Shown here piece by piece: positions 9,747 through 22,035 of a stretch of DNA of 64,000 bases; the stretch's first letter is position 1, and every line of letters begins with the position of its first letter. The notes under the pieces are model-generated. The model was not told the origin of the DNA, ran no database searches, and worked only from the letters and a program-made list of their open reading frames with translations. The stretch lies in NCBI GenBank assembly GCA_016933575.1, contig JAFGAR010000151.1, forward strand, positions 32,001 to 96,000, in the 5' to 3' direction. This DNA is from Candidatus Thorarchaeota archaeon. Its GTDB lineage: Archaea > Asgardarchaeota > Thorarchaeia > Thorarchaeales > Thorarchaeaceae. The position numbers and the translations under genes were made by a program.

Positions 9747-10196
9747 TTGTACAGTCTACAAGTTAAAGATCAGAGGATGCATTTCAGTGCGTCACATTTC
9801 CTCCGTTTCTGCGGGGACTGTGAACACCTCCATGGACATAACTACACACTCGAGGTCTTCATCACCGGTCCACTCAATGAAGACGGAATGATCATGGACT
9901 TCAAAGAAGTCAAAGAAATGATTGTAAAGATATGCAAAACTCTCGACCATAAAGTGATGCTACCAGGACAATCAACATCCATCGATGTAAAATCTGAAGG
10001 CGGTTTTATTGAGGTGACTGCAGCAACAAAACGATACGTATTTCCAGAAGAGGACTGCATCGTTCTTCCAACGAAATCTACAACTGCAGAACTCCTTGCG
10101 AACTACATCCATGGTCATCTACAATTCCCCAGTGACTACAGAGTGAAAGTCTGCGTTAGTGAAAGTGCAGGCTCCACGGGGTGTTATGAAGACTAG
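9747..10196 (+). CDS. queD: 6-carboxytetrahydropterin/6-pyruvoyl-tetrahydropterin synthase
   Basis: FSASHF, CEHLHGHNY, LDHK, TTAE; GGAGGT SD. Confidence 0.88.
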   Translation: MYSLQVKDQRMHFSASHFLRFCGDCEHLHGHNYTLEVFITGPLNEDGMIMDFKEVKEMIVKICKTLDHKVMLPGQSTSIDVKSEGGFIEVTAATKRYVFPEEDCIVLPTKSTTAELLANYIHGHLQFPSDYRVKVCVSESAGSTGCYED

Positions 10197-11037
10197 CGAT
10201 ATCACAAAAACGGAGAATCCAGATTTGGTCATCGATACACAGAACGAGAAACCCAAGTATAGAATACAGCTGAATAAGGTTGGCGTTAAGAACCTCAAGA
10301 CCTTTGTAGTGACAGAACGAAGTGGAATACGACATCATATCGTCCCCAAAGTTGAGATTACTATTGATCTCCCCGCAGAGCTAAAGGGTGTGCATATGTC
10401 TCGGCTTGTCGAATCTATGACCGAAGAACTGAGTGACCAGTTTCGAGTTCATCCATCTATTGAAGAATTACAAATTAAGATACTAGAGGGGCTTGCAGAA
10501 AAGCATCCCTTTAGTCGTGGTGAAGTCAAGTTTGATTTTGAGTTCGGGTATACGACGCGAACTCCTGCATCCGATAAACGAACTTGGGAAGTCTGTGATG
10601 TAATCGCAATTACAAGGAAGGCAAATAACGGACCCTTTATTCATGAAGTTGAAGTTCAGGTCATCGGAAATACCGTCTGTCCTCATTGCATGGCAAATAA
10701 TGAGGGACTGACTCATATTCAGCGAGCCATCGGGAAATTGCGAGTTGTTGGTTCGACAGAATCCATACCGACCTATGGGTCCATGATTGAGGTCATTGAA
10801 AGTTCATTTTCAAGCAGGACATACTCCCTACTCAAACTTGAGGATGAGATTCTTGTAACCAAAGAGATGCATAAAAATCCTCTACTGGTTGAAGACGTAT
10901 GCCGGAATATTTTGCAGCATGCAAAAGACACCTTTTCAAATAGCGACCTCGAGATGTTTGCTGAAGCAAGATCGCTCGAAAGTATCCACAAACACGATGT
11001 CATTGCTCAAGGTCGAATTGTAACAAATGGTGATTAA
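10159..11037 (+). CDS. mptA: GTP cyclohydrolase MptA/FolE2 family (probable start ATG 10186)
   Basis: KGVHMSR, TVCP, HIQR, VEDVCR, ESIHKHD; overlaps queD. Confidence 0.85.
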   Translation: MKVQAPRGVMKTSDITKTENPDLVIDTQNEKPKYRIQLNKVGVKNLKTFVVTERSGIRHHIVPKVEITIDLPAELKGVHMSRLVESMTEELSDQFRVHPSIEELQIKILEGLAEKHPFSRGEVKFDFEFGYTTRTPASDKRTWEVCDVIAITRKANNGPFIHEVEVQVIGNTVCPHCMANNEGLTHIQRAIGKLRVVGSTESIPTYGSMIEVIESSFSSRTYSLLKLEDEILVTKEMHKNPLLVEDVCRNILQHAKDTFSNSDLEMFAEARSLESIHKHDVIAQGRIVTNGD

Positions 11038-11091
11038 CTTCAACCTCATAACATCAGAACTAACATTATATCCCGTTTTTCTATTGAATTT

Positions 11092-14000
11092 TTGCCTTCT
11101 GCGGAACTAAAGGAAGTTATGAGGATGAAGACGATGAAAACCAAACGTTTCAGAATGTTTGCTTTCATTCTGTTAATGTTAGGTATTCTATTGTATTCTC
11201 TAGAACCTCCTTGCAGTTATACCCCTACTGCATTAGTGACTCCTGATAGTGTACCTATTCTTGAAAATGTCTTAGAAGAATCTCGACCTACCATCCATGA
11301 TAGCATTGATTCTGTCTTTGGTCATTGGTCTCTATCAGATATCTCTATAGCGCCTCCTATCAGGGATATTCTTGAGCCTGCACTGGTCGAACAGAGTGGC
11401 TATTCATCAACAGGCAATGTATCCGCAAGAACTGATTCTTCTGTGAATACACAGGGAAGCTTGAGTATCGATACTGCTCATAATTGGGTAGCCAGTACTG
11501 CAGAGATTGATATCTGGAATCTTGAGAAGCTGTATGTTGTAAATGGCACTTTCGATGAAGGCTCTCTTGGATACACTGTCAGTCCAAATGGTACACTAGA
11601 ACATTATCCCCTTGGATGGTCTGCAGTCAGTACAAATTCCGATCCTGATCAGGTCCAACGTGTTTCCTACGAAGAAATCGGTGAACGATATATTACTATT
11701 CAAAACCAAGCTGAAGTCACAAACAATCCTCAGCATCAATATACCCACTATGCAGGCACTTCAGTACTATGGAATCAGACTTTTTACATTTCACCTTACA
11801 CTGATGAATTTCTTCTTAGTTTCAATTACTTATACCTCCAAGGACCACTCACTTCAATTTTCAGCGGCGATTTCTCATTGCAGGTCTTCATTGATGGAGA
11901 TTCTGTGTATAGTATCGACCTTCCAACTCTCAGTTCAAGGGGGACTTGGTACAGTACAGGACTTATTCCAATCAATAAGGCAATTCTATCAGACTCGACG
12001 ATGTTTATGATTGGTTTAGTGATAGATTCAACGTTCTTGGTTGATGTGATCTCGACTATGATTTGGATGGAACAGCAGATGGAATAATTAACACACAATA
12101 CATAACGGTCTATCTGGATGATGTTTCTTTAACAAGTGCAACACCCCCTGATTGTGATGCTGTGGATTTGAAATTCAGTATTGATGGTGTTATTGCACCA
12201 ATTCTTGGTAGTACAGGGAGTGGGACAGGACTTCTTCAAAACAGTAGCTATTGGACTTCTGATGTTCTTAATATCGCTATTCTTTCAAATACAAGCATCT
12301 CTCTTGATTACAATGTACAAATTCTCAATCATAGGTTCCTCAACTCAAGTTCGACCACTGACATCCTATCTGAAGGTGTTGCATACGCCGTAGATACTGA
12401 CTCAAGCGTAAACTTGGAGATATTCACGTACTTGGGGTTTCTCGGGGTGTATGACGATCTTACTCTGAAGATATCCCATCCAATAGATTGGCAGAATTTT
12501 ACCATCAGAGATCCATTCTTGACAAATGTCACAGCTTTATGTATTCTCCAGTTTGATACTATTGAGATTCCCTCAACTCTCCTTGATCGACTTGGTTGGT
12601 GGAAGATAACATGCCAGGCACCCAATTATGCTGCAAATGGAGTTATCCAAAAGTACAGTTCTGGAACTTCAAGTTGGATTGATGAAACTGTTTTTCACAG
12701 CAATGATATGGCTCGTACATCAGTTGAAATAGGTTTCAATGGAGAAGTTCCAGTCATCTCGAATCAAGTCAATTTCACATGGGCTTTACCTAACTGCACG
12801 ACATGGTATGAATCACTGAGTGCTAGTACTGGCACGGGGAGTGCTTTGAGTGAAGAAGTATCCTTTGGTCCGACAAATACAACTGCAGGACCTTGGGGTG
12901 TGATTTATCATTGGTCAAATGGGACTGAGATAGCATATAGTTGCATCACCTTTGACCTTTATCATCAGGCAGCTCTTGAGGTTGTCTTCTCGGAGAACTT
13001 GGAGACCGTTGTTGGACAGCCTGTTACAGTCGTTGTAAGATTCTACGATCTTGAGAATGGTCTATTATTGCTAAATGATGGCGCCTCAATTATTGGGACT
13101 TGGGCTGCTGGTACCATTGTCTTTGAGGCTAATATAGTCAAGAACTGGTGGGAGGCAGATTTTGATACTGCTCTCGTTGGTGCAGGTAGTTTTGAGGTCA
13201 TTCTAGAATCTGCTGCACCATACTTTGAAACAATCCCCCTTGTTGTTGTAATTAAATCCCAATTTCTGACTGCATTGGATGTGCCTCCTGGTCCATTAAC
13301 GCCACTTATCTATGGCCGGCTATATAGCTATAACTTTGTATACTCAATAACCTACAATAGTTCTGGTATTGATGATGCAATTGTTGAGATTACAGAGGAC
13401 GGTTCTGAGTGGGTATCTGTCACAAATACGGGAAATGGCCATTATAATCTCTCAATTATTCCTCTTGGTTTGAGAGATTATAGTATTAAAATCAAATTTT
13501 CAAAAGAAGGCCATGCTAACCAGTCTCATGTGTTATCCTTTCTAGTGAACAAAGTACCTATTGAGGTCGAGTCTCTTTCTAGTCTAAGTGGACTTGAGTA
13601 TCAACCACTCACCATTAATGTGAGGGTCGTTGAATTTGATACCAGAGCACCTGTTTCAGATGCCAATGTCACGTTAAATGTACTTCCCGAAGTGGGTCCT
13701 GTCTATGTTACTAAGGAAATGGTTGAGATAGGTCCTGGTGTATATAGTGCTAATATTACCATGCCCCAAGCCACATCAATGATATATAATCTTGTTATTC
13801 AGATTGAGAAAGCAAATTATGAACTTACGCAAGAATTTAGTAGTTCTCTTATCCCTGTAGCAGATGTCAATGCACAGGTACTGCTTGTCATTATGACCTA
13901 TACCTGGCAAATTGGGATTGGTGCTATCTTTCTAGTAACAGCGATAGTTGGTCAGAAGTTATATTCTCGAAAGAAACAACAGAAACATGCAACAGCCAGA

Positions 14001-14675
14001 GCAATCAAGACCCGATTTGATGATGCTCATAACCTCTTGGGTGTAATTATTCTTCACAAGCTCAGTGGAGTTCCAATCTATTCAAAGATATTGAAGGGTG
14101 GCCTTGAAGAAGGAATGCTGTCTGCTTTTATTACTGCAATCATGCACTTCAGGGAAGAGATAGATGCTGGTGGGAAAGAGACACAATATACAATCATACC
14201 AATTTCCGACATTATCAGAACAATCCATACTGAACATTTGATTTGCGCATTTATGACAATCACATCTGCTTCAAAAGAACAAGAAGCTAGGATGATGAGT
14301 TATACACGCGCAATTGGAATGACTCTTGATGATTCGTTGGCCGAACGTCCGACGAAGGTGGTCAATATACAGACAACTAAAACTCTTGAATGGATGTTTG
14401 ATGATTTTGTTGATGGTAATCTTCTCAGAGATTTCCAATTGGGCGAGAAGAAACTTCCTCGACAGTTCAAGAAGGTTAGAGATGTCATTGAAGTCATAGG
14501 TACAGATGGATCCTTCAAACTCATCTACGTTATCCGATCCATTATTGAAGAAGGAGTGTCCGAAGATGATATCTATCTTATGATAATGGAGCTAATAGAT
14601 CAGGAATATATTCTACCAATTTATTCGTATAGCGAAAATTTACTCTCCCCTTTCAACAAAATTGATACACATTAA
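11092..14675 (+). pseudogene. Large surface/receptor-like membrane protein split by a 1-nt frameshift at about 12046 (ORFs 11092..12087 and 12063..14675)
   Basis: Both pieces align collinearly with the paralog at 14834..19915; signal-like N-terminus, many NxS/T sequons, one TM, cytoplasmic longin/roadblock-like domain. Could be a sequencing error. Confidence 0.75.
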
Positions 14676-14833
14676 TATCATATAGAGTACTCTATCTATT
14701 TCGAGTATTGCTTCAGGATGTATTATTTTCAAAATAACACAAATGTAATTAGAATATTATGCACCTGCTTATAGTGTTGCAGAAAACATTGATTTGGTGG
14801 AATATCAAAAACTAATGTGTTGGTGGTCGTTCA

Positions 14834-17800
14834 ATGATGAGGGTTACAATAAAACGAATCATTCAGACACTGACAATATTACTTATGCTACTCATAAGCA
14901 CTGCGTGGGTTCCAGAAATATTAAATCTGTCCATATCAAATAGTAGTTATCAGACCTCTGAATCCACTCTGCCTGAATCTCAGGCTATAATATCACCGGT
15001 TCAAGATACTCTTAATACTTCAAAAGGAAAGGTTTGCACCCTTGCCAATGATTATTCTTCACAAGGAGTTCTAGAACCAGTTGGAATAGAACAAATAGGT
15101 TATGTAGCCTCTGGAAATATCTCTGCTCGAACAGATAACCACCAGAACCTCGAATATGACCTCCCACTTGATGTTACGCATAATTGGACCGCAGACATAG
15201 CTGAAGTTTCTCTTTGGAACCTACAGAAGCTTTATGCAATCAATGGATCCTTCTCAGAAGGTTTTGCAGGAATCAATCTGAATCCAAATGGTTCAGTAGA
15301 GTACTATCCTTTAGGTTGGGATGCAAACAGCACCGATACGACACGTTATTCTGATGACTTACAGCTTGCTGTATACGATGACACTGGTAACCAGTTTATC
15401 ATGGTGGAGAACCAAGGTGGAAAAGTAGGTCAAAATGCTTATGGACATGATACAGGAATTAAAATCGTCTGGACTCAAGCTGTCGAAAACGCCCCTTACT
15501 CAGAAGATTTCCTTCTTAGCTTTGACTACTTCTATCTTAGAGGTCCCCTTGATAAGAATCCTAGTTACCCAATAGATGGAAACTGCAGCATCATAGTATC
15601 AGTGAATGGTAATCCCGTATGGAACATGAGTCTTCTTACTCTATCCCAAAGAGGAATTTGGACCGAGTCAGGTATCATCCCAATTACTATACCTGGAGCA
15701 CCATCCTCTTTTATTTTTGAGATCGGATTATTAGTTGATGAATACTTGGAACTCGATAAAAGATGGGACTATGATGATAATGGAATTGCTGATGGCATTG
15801 GAAATGCTGCATACATCACTCTTTATTTTGATGATGTTTCTTTTATAAAACAGACACCTCCAACAGCGGAGCAGGTAGACCTTGAATTCAATTCTGGACT
15901 TTTAGTATCTCCTCTTAGTGGTTCAATGGGTACATATTATACTTCTATCACCAATTCTACCTACTGGACCTCTTCATCAGTGGCTGTTTATTTAACTGCA
16001 AATACTAGCGTTTCATTTGAATATGAAACACGTCTTCTTGCACATAGATTTACCAATTCAAGCTGGAAAACTGATATTTCGAGTATTGGCGTAGCTTATG
16101 CAATAGATCATGGAACCAGCTCATTACTTACATTCTATACTTATGTTGGCTACCTAGGTAACTATGAAGAACCAGAGATGATAATTACATTCCCTATTGA
16201 CTGGGAGAACCTAACAGTATCGGATCCATTTCTCTCGGATCTTACTTCCACCTGCACGATTGATAGCGGCTATCTATTTGTTCCAACCTCAATCATCAAC
16301 CGTTTAGGGTGGTGGGAGGTTAAGCTAGAGTCACCAAACTACGCGAAGTCAATTAAGTAGCAGATCTTTGACGTTTCTTGGATAGATGAAGTACTATTTA
16401 GAATCACTAACACAACTCGCGCTGATATCACAATTGGAACTACTACGCAAGTTCTTGAGGCTCTTACCGATGTTAATATCACGTGGTACGAACCATCCAA
16501 TATTGTTTGGTTTACGGAGTTGATTAGTGGGGGAATCTTGGGGCAGATCTTTAGTAGTAACCGAACCTTTGTATCTGGTTCTTCACCTGCAGGATTATGG
16601 TGGATTGAAATCTCTTGGACAAATGGGACAGAAGTGGCTTATGATCGGGCTAGTTTCGAACTCCGCCACACTGCTGAATTGGTGGCAGATCCAGCTCTGA
16701 TTGAAACCGATATGGGCTTGACTGTCACGGGTGTGGTACGTTATACTGATGGCGATACAGGTACCAATTTACTCAATCCTAGTGCAATAATCACTGCAAA
16801 TTGGTCTGTATCGTCTGTGACTTTTGCACCTAACCCCATAAACAATTGGTGGGAGGGTTCATTTGATACGTCAATAGTTGGCGCTGGTGAATTTCTAGTT
16901 GTAGTTAGTGCCTCTCAAAGCTACTTCGACATTGCAACCTGTGAAATTATCATTCGTTCCACAAATGTAACTCGACTCAACTCCCCTAATGCACCATGGT
17001 CGTCGTCAACTTGGGGTTCAAATGTCCTTCTCACTTTCAACTATGAAGTCTATCACTATTCTACAAGTACTTGGGGACCAGTTGTAAATAATAGTGACGT
17101 TTCAGCCAATCTAAACTGGACTCAGGGATTATGGACAATTCATGAGGACTCTACACCCGGACTATACATTGCAACTCTTGATACTACAGCAAAGCCGGTC
17201 GGAACCTATCTTCTTGAGGTTAGCTTCAGCAAACCAAACCACGAACTAAAACAAATCTTACTTACGCTAATCGTATCACCCATTTCTAGCTCATTGATAG
17301 TCTTTGGTGATCCTTCAGCAAGAGTCGATATCGATGATGATTACTATCTAAAATTGGGTTATGAGGACTACACAGGAACTCCAATTGCATCAGCTTTAGT
17401 ATCTGTAGACAGCATTTCTCCACCAACAGGCCTTTCACATTCACCAATCACTCCGGTTTCTGGAGAATCTGGCAACTATTCTCTTACATTGACTCCATCA
17501 GTAGCTGGTGTTTTCACTATACGTTTCGTAGCAACAGAAGAGAACTCCGAACCTGGAACCACCGTTTTTGTACTTGTTGTCAATGATGTGGATACAAGTC
17601 TCGTTGTTGAAGGTGGCGACAGCTTCGAGATTGGATTGACAGATGTTCTCAACAAGACATTCACATACAAGACCTTCGATGATATTGGTATAGAGAATGC
17701 ATCAATTTCTATTGTCTATTCAGGAACGCCAGGAGCTTTATCGTGGAGTTGGGTTGAGAAGAGTCTTGGGAATTATTCAGTTGAAATCAGTTCTACTCTC

Positions 17801-19915
17801 TCTGGAACGTATGTTATAACAATTGCAGCATTCAAGCAGTATTATCAGAGTGCATCTGACTCGTTCTTTCTGGTCGTAAGCGATATTACAACTAATCTAG
17901 AAGTTCTAAATGGTACTGCTGGGATTATCAGCTATGGTTCGGACTTTAGAATGGTTATGTCTTACACTAATGGTACCGGTTATGGGTTGTCTAGTGCTAA
18001 TGTCACCATTGAGAGTGCTACACCTTCAACAGGATTGTCTTGGAGTACCACACAATCTGGCACGGCTGGTATCTACTCGATAATATTGACTCCCGAAATA
18101 TCCGACACATTTACAATACTCTTGAAGGCTTCCCTTCTAAATCATCAGACTCAATTTGTACTCTTTACTATCACAGCCACTGCAATTGCTACTAGCCTTA
18201 CTGTACTCAATGCTAGTACTACAATATCTTACGATCAGAACTTCACAGTTTATCTTCACTATCAGAGTGAAGATTTAGTTGGTCTTGAGGGAGCTACCCT
18301 TAGCATTCAGAATCCCCCATCAGAGGTGAATTATACGATTTTCGAGGATCTTACTGGTGGGTACTACCGTATAACACTGACACCTCAAGAGATTGGTACA
18401 TTCGACATCATATTTCGTGCTGAGCTTGTTGGATACCAGAGTGATACATCCGGATTTGTACTCGGAGCAGCTCGGATTCAAACAGAATTACGTTTGTTGA
18501 GTGGGTTGACATCTGACACAATCGGGTATTTAGAATCAAGTGAATTGACATTGATCTTTGAAAGAACAGATCTCAATCGAAACATCACTGGGGCTAACAT
18601 TACTGTTCAATTGAATCCAACAACCGGATTGAATTGGACCTTCAGTGAAGAATCAGGAATTTATCATATTACACTTACGCCAAATCATATCGGTCGATGG
18701 ATTCTAACTATAAGCGCTTCAAAGACAGGATATGCTGTTGGTTCTGCTCAGTTCATACTCGATGTGGAACCAATTCGTGTCCAAGCAGAACTTCTAACTC
18801 TTCCTGTTGCCACAGAGGGTGTTGAATTTACAATCGAGATTTCCCTGATTCAAGAAGGAACAACCAACCCAGTCACAGGAGCTCTAGTCCAATATCGGAT
18901 GACACCCGTTGGCGGTCTCGAGGGTGCCTATGAGGTAATGACTGAAACAGATCAACCTGGAGTCTATAGGGTTACGTACACATTTCCACTTTATGAGTCT
19001 ATAAGTGATTATCAATTAGAAATTCAGATATTCAAAGACAATTATGTATTGGTCGGAGATACATTCACCTCATTGTTCTCTAAATCCGAAGATGCAATTC
19101 TCCGTATTGTTCCCGTTGCAACAGGAGGAGTCATCCTTGCCGCACTCTTCATTGGTTCAGTAATCAGTTATCGTGTGTATGCCTCACGGAAGAAACGGAA
19201 GAATCTTGAGGCACTACAGGTGAAGAAGCGATTCGATGATGTTTCCAATATTCTGGGTATTATTGTCCTCCATAAGAAGAGCGGTTTGCCTGTCTATTCG
19301 AAGGTATTGCGTGGTGGCTTTGAAGAGGCAATGGTCTCTGCTTTCATCACTGCTATCACTCACTTCAGATCAGAATTCGGAATGGATGAGAAACAATGGG
19401 ACTTCAATGTCATTCCTATCTCTGACATCATAAGCGCGGTACCTACTAGAAACCTGATTGTTGCATTCATTACAGTAAGGTCTCCATCAAAATTCCAAGA
19501 GATAGGAATGGAAGCCTTTGCTAGGGCAGTAGGCGCAATGTTTGATGATATTTTGGTAGATGGGAGAGCTACCATTGTAGATGAAGAAAAGGTAAGAATA
19601 TTCGATAATTTGTTCAATGACCTTCTTGATGGTTTCTTAGTTGAGAAGTTCAGAACATCAAAAGACGCAGCATTTCCGAAGTCAATGAAATGCCTCGTAG
19701 AAACTGCAATACAACTTGAGAATGGTGAAGGCTTCAAGCTGGAGGACTTGGCTAAGGGCATGGCAACGTGCGGAATTGAGGAGTCATATGCCTATAAGTT
19801 GGTCATGGATGCAATTGAAGAAAAACTGATAGAAGCCACCACAGGAGATAAGCCTGAACCGATTGCACCAGCCTTTGTTGATAGAACACTTCCTGACGAT
19901 GGAAACTTGGGGTAG
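14834..19915 (+). CDS. Large surface/receptor-like membrane protein with an in-frame TAG at 16358-16360 (ORFs 14834..16360 and 16520..19915 are in the same frame)
   Basis: The 53 codons between the two ORFs are open and homologous to the upstream paralog; Ig-like repeats, TM, longin/roadblock-like tail. Confidence 0.8.
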
Positions 19916-19999
19916 ACGAAGAATAAAGCAAACTGAGTCAATTCTACATGATAGCTGCATTGATAACTGAAGATGGTATCATGACAAGCGGAGATTATT

Positions 20000-20686
20000 A
20001 TGAGTCCGGGATTCCTAAGTGATAAGAGATCTGTCGTTGCAATCATCATTGCGATACCATTGGCAATTATATCCTATGTGTTTGTGCGACCAATTGACTA
20101 TACAGTTTCTCTAATGGTCTTTGGAGTAGCCTTAGTACTCTTTCTCTTTGCATGTCTCCTTGATACCGCTGATGAATTTAGGAGTGTTCAAAAGAGCACT
20201 CCCAAACCCCTTGTCAAAGGGACTCCTAGACCAACTGTTGTTGAGGAGCATGAGGAAGAATACGTGCCTGCTGTTGAAAGACCTGCTGCTGCTCCTAGTG
20301 ACCTGCCTGTTGAAACAATTGAAGGCATTGGCCCTGTCTATGGCAAATTACTTCGAGAAGCAGGTGTTGAGACCGTTGCTGATATGCTCGCTGTTGATTC
20401 GGAGAAAATCGCTGAAATCTGTGATGTCAATGTAGACCAGGCTGAACGTTGGTTGGCGATGAGTCGTTTTGCCTGGCTTGATGCAATTTCGGAAGAGGAT
20501 GCTGAGGCAATTGTGTTCGCAGGCAAAATTGCAGAACTAGAAGAACTTGCTGCGGCAAATGCTGATGAGCTCTACAGAAAGATTCAATCAGCAATTAATG
20601 AAGGTGACGTCAGAGTTCCTGCTGGCTATACCTTCAGTGTGGTTAAGATCCAGAAGTGGATTGATGAAGCCAAGAGCTTGGTATAG
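20000..20686 (+). CDS. Membrane-anchored helix-hairpin-helix (DUF4332-like) protein
   Basis: Two N-terminal TMs; IEGIGPVYGKLLREAGV HhH motif and a second degenerate copy. Confidence 0.75.
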   Translation: MSPGFLSDKRSVVAIIIAIPLAIISYVFVRPIDYTVSLMVFGVALVLFLFACLLDTADEFRSVQKSTPKPLVKGTPRPTVVEEHEEEYVPAVERPAAAPSDLPVETIEGIGPVYGKLLREAGVETVADMLAVDSEKIAEICDVNVDQAERWLAMSRFAWLDAISEEDAEAIVFAGKIAELEELAAANADELYRKIQSAINEGDVRVPAGYTFSVVKIQKWIDEAKSLV

Positions 20687-20795
20687 CTCAAGAGCTACAA
20701 TTCCCACTTCTGACGAGCTCAGCAAATGAACCTATCAAACACACTTCGAAGCCTGTCACCAGATTTGAGATTGTTTATGATAACTTACTTCAATC

Positions 20796-21698
20796 CTACA
20801 TATCAAGACCTGCAGGATCTTTCCAGACATCCTTATTCAGGTAGCCAATGAATAAGGGCTTTGAGAGACCATCTCTTGCAATCCACATGAGGAATGGTCT
20901 ATTGATTACATAGGGTTCAGTCTTTATAGGAGCAGCTCCTGCAAGTATCCCTAACGCAACTGCGCTCTTTACCCTAAACCCTTCTTCATTCATCTTCAAC
21001 TTGGTCTGCTGTAGAGCTTGAGAGATAACGTAGAATGGTTCTTTTCCCTTAGGTGTGATGAACTGAAGGCCTAGAATCCAATCCAGCATGATCTCTTCAT
21101 CAAGGTCAATTTTCGGGAATATGAATCCATCATATTCGAATGGAGTTTCCTGTTTGTTATTATGTATGTTTTCTACAAAGTTCTGTAAAGCAAGCCCAGT
21201 AGGAACTTCATCGACCATCATTAGATGTACATGATCGCCTTCCCTAGTTTCAATATCAATGATATAGTTTGGATTATCGCGCACTCGATAGAACTTCTTA
21301 CCATAATTCGTCATTTTGATTCCTGGATAGTACTCTCCGTCTTCTGTCTGCACAGACCATTTTTTGCCTTTGATTGCCCATTCACCCAAGAGATCCAACA
21401 TGCTTGCAACTCCAAACCCTCCTGGTCCAAAGTCTTTAAGTCTGATCTGAAATCCCCTTTCCTCCAACCACTTATTGATTCTCTTGTGATTGGTATCTGC
21501 TATACTCTCAATCTCCTTGATTCGAGGAATATCGCCTTTGCAAGACGAAAAAATTTCGTTAAGGAATTTCTTCTGAATGTCATTGGTTATCGTAATCGTT
21601 TCAACATTCTTGAGGAACATTTCCGCCTCTCGAACTGCTGATACTATTGGATACACAACAAGTGTCTGTGTCTTTGTTGTCATCGTTTCAGGTCTCAT
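20796..21698 (-). CDS. Short serpin-family protein 1
   Basis: INKWL, FPKIDL, QQTKLKMNEEG hinge region, C-terminal signature YVINRPFLMWI...PLFIGYL. Confidence 0.78.
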   Translation of the reverse strand: MRPETMTTKTQTLVVYPIVSAVREAEMFLKNVETITITNDIQKKFLNEIFSSCKGDIPRIKEIESIADTNHKRINKWLEERGFQIRLKDFGPGGFGVASMLDLLGEWAIKGKKWSVQTEDGEYYPGIKMTNYGKKFYRVRDNPNYIIDIETREGDHVHLMMVDEVPTGLALQNFVENIHNNKQETPFEYDGFIFPKIDLDEEIMLDWILGLQFITPKGKEPFYVISQALQQTKLKMNEEGFRVKSAVALGILAGAAPIKTEPYVINRPFLMWIARDGLSKPLFIGYLNKDVWKDPAGLDM

Positions 21699-21801
21699 GA
21701 TGATATGCCTCTCTCAATCAAGTTATTGTTTGACAGGGCATCTATTGAATGTGTTTGATGTGATTAGATATTGATTTGCGGAGAATACTGTGCTGATTTC
21801 A

Positions 21802-22026
21802 TTAGTTACCAAAAACATTTCGAGTGTCACTTCTTGCTCTGGCGTAATCTTCTGACTCACCATCGAAGAAGGTAACATCATTTGTCTTTGAGTCAAACAG
21901 CTTTTCAGAACTTGATACGTGTGAAGGTGGATCTATGGGTGGTTTATGAAATAAGCTGCCATATCTTGCCATGATGTACAAGATGATTGCCCCAAAAAAG
22001 AGAACTCCCATGACTATCTCCAGCAT
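21802..22026 (-). CDS. Small single-TM protein, paralog of 6098..6316
   Basis: TM plus EKLFDSK...FFDGESEDYA; GAGGT SD. Confidence 0.8.
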   Translation of the reverse strand: MLEIVMGVLFFGAIILYIMARYGSLFHKPPIDPPSHVSSSEKLFDSKTNDVTFFDGESEDYARARSDTRNVFGN

Positions 22027-22035
22027 AAAATAACA

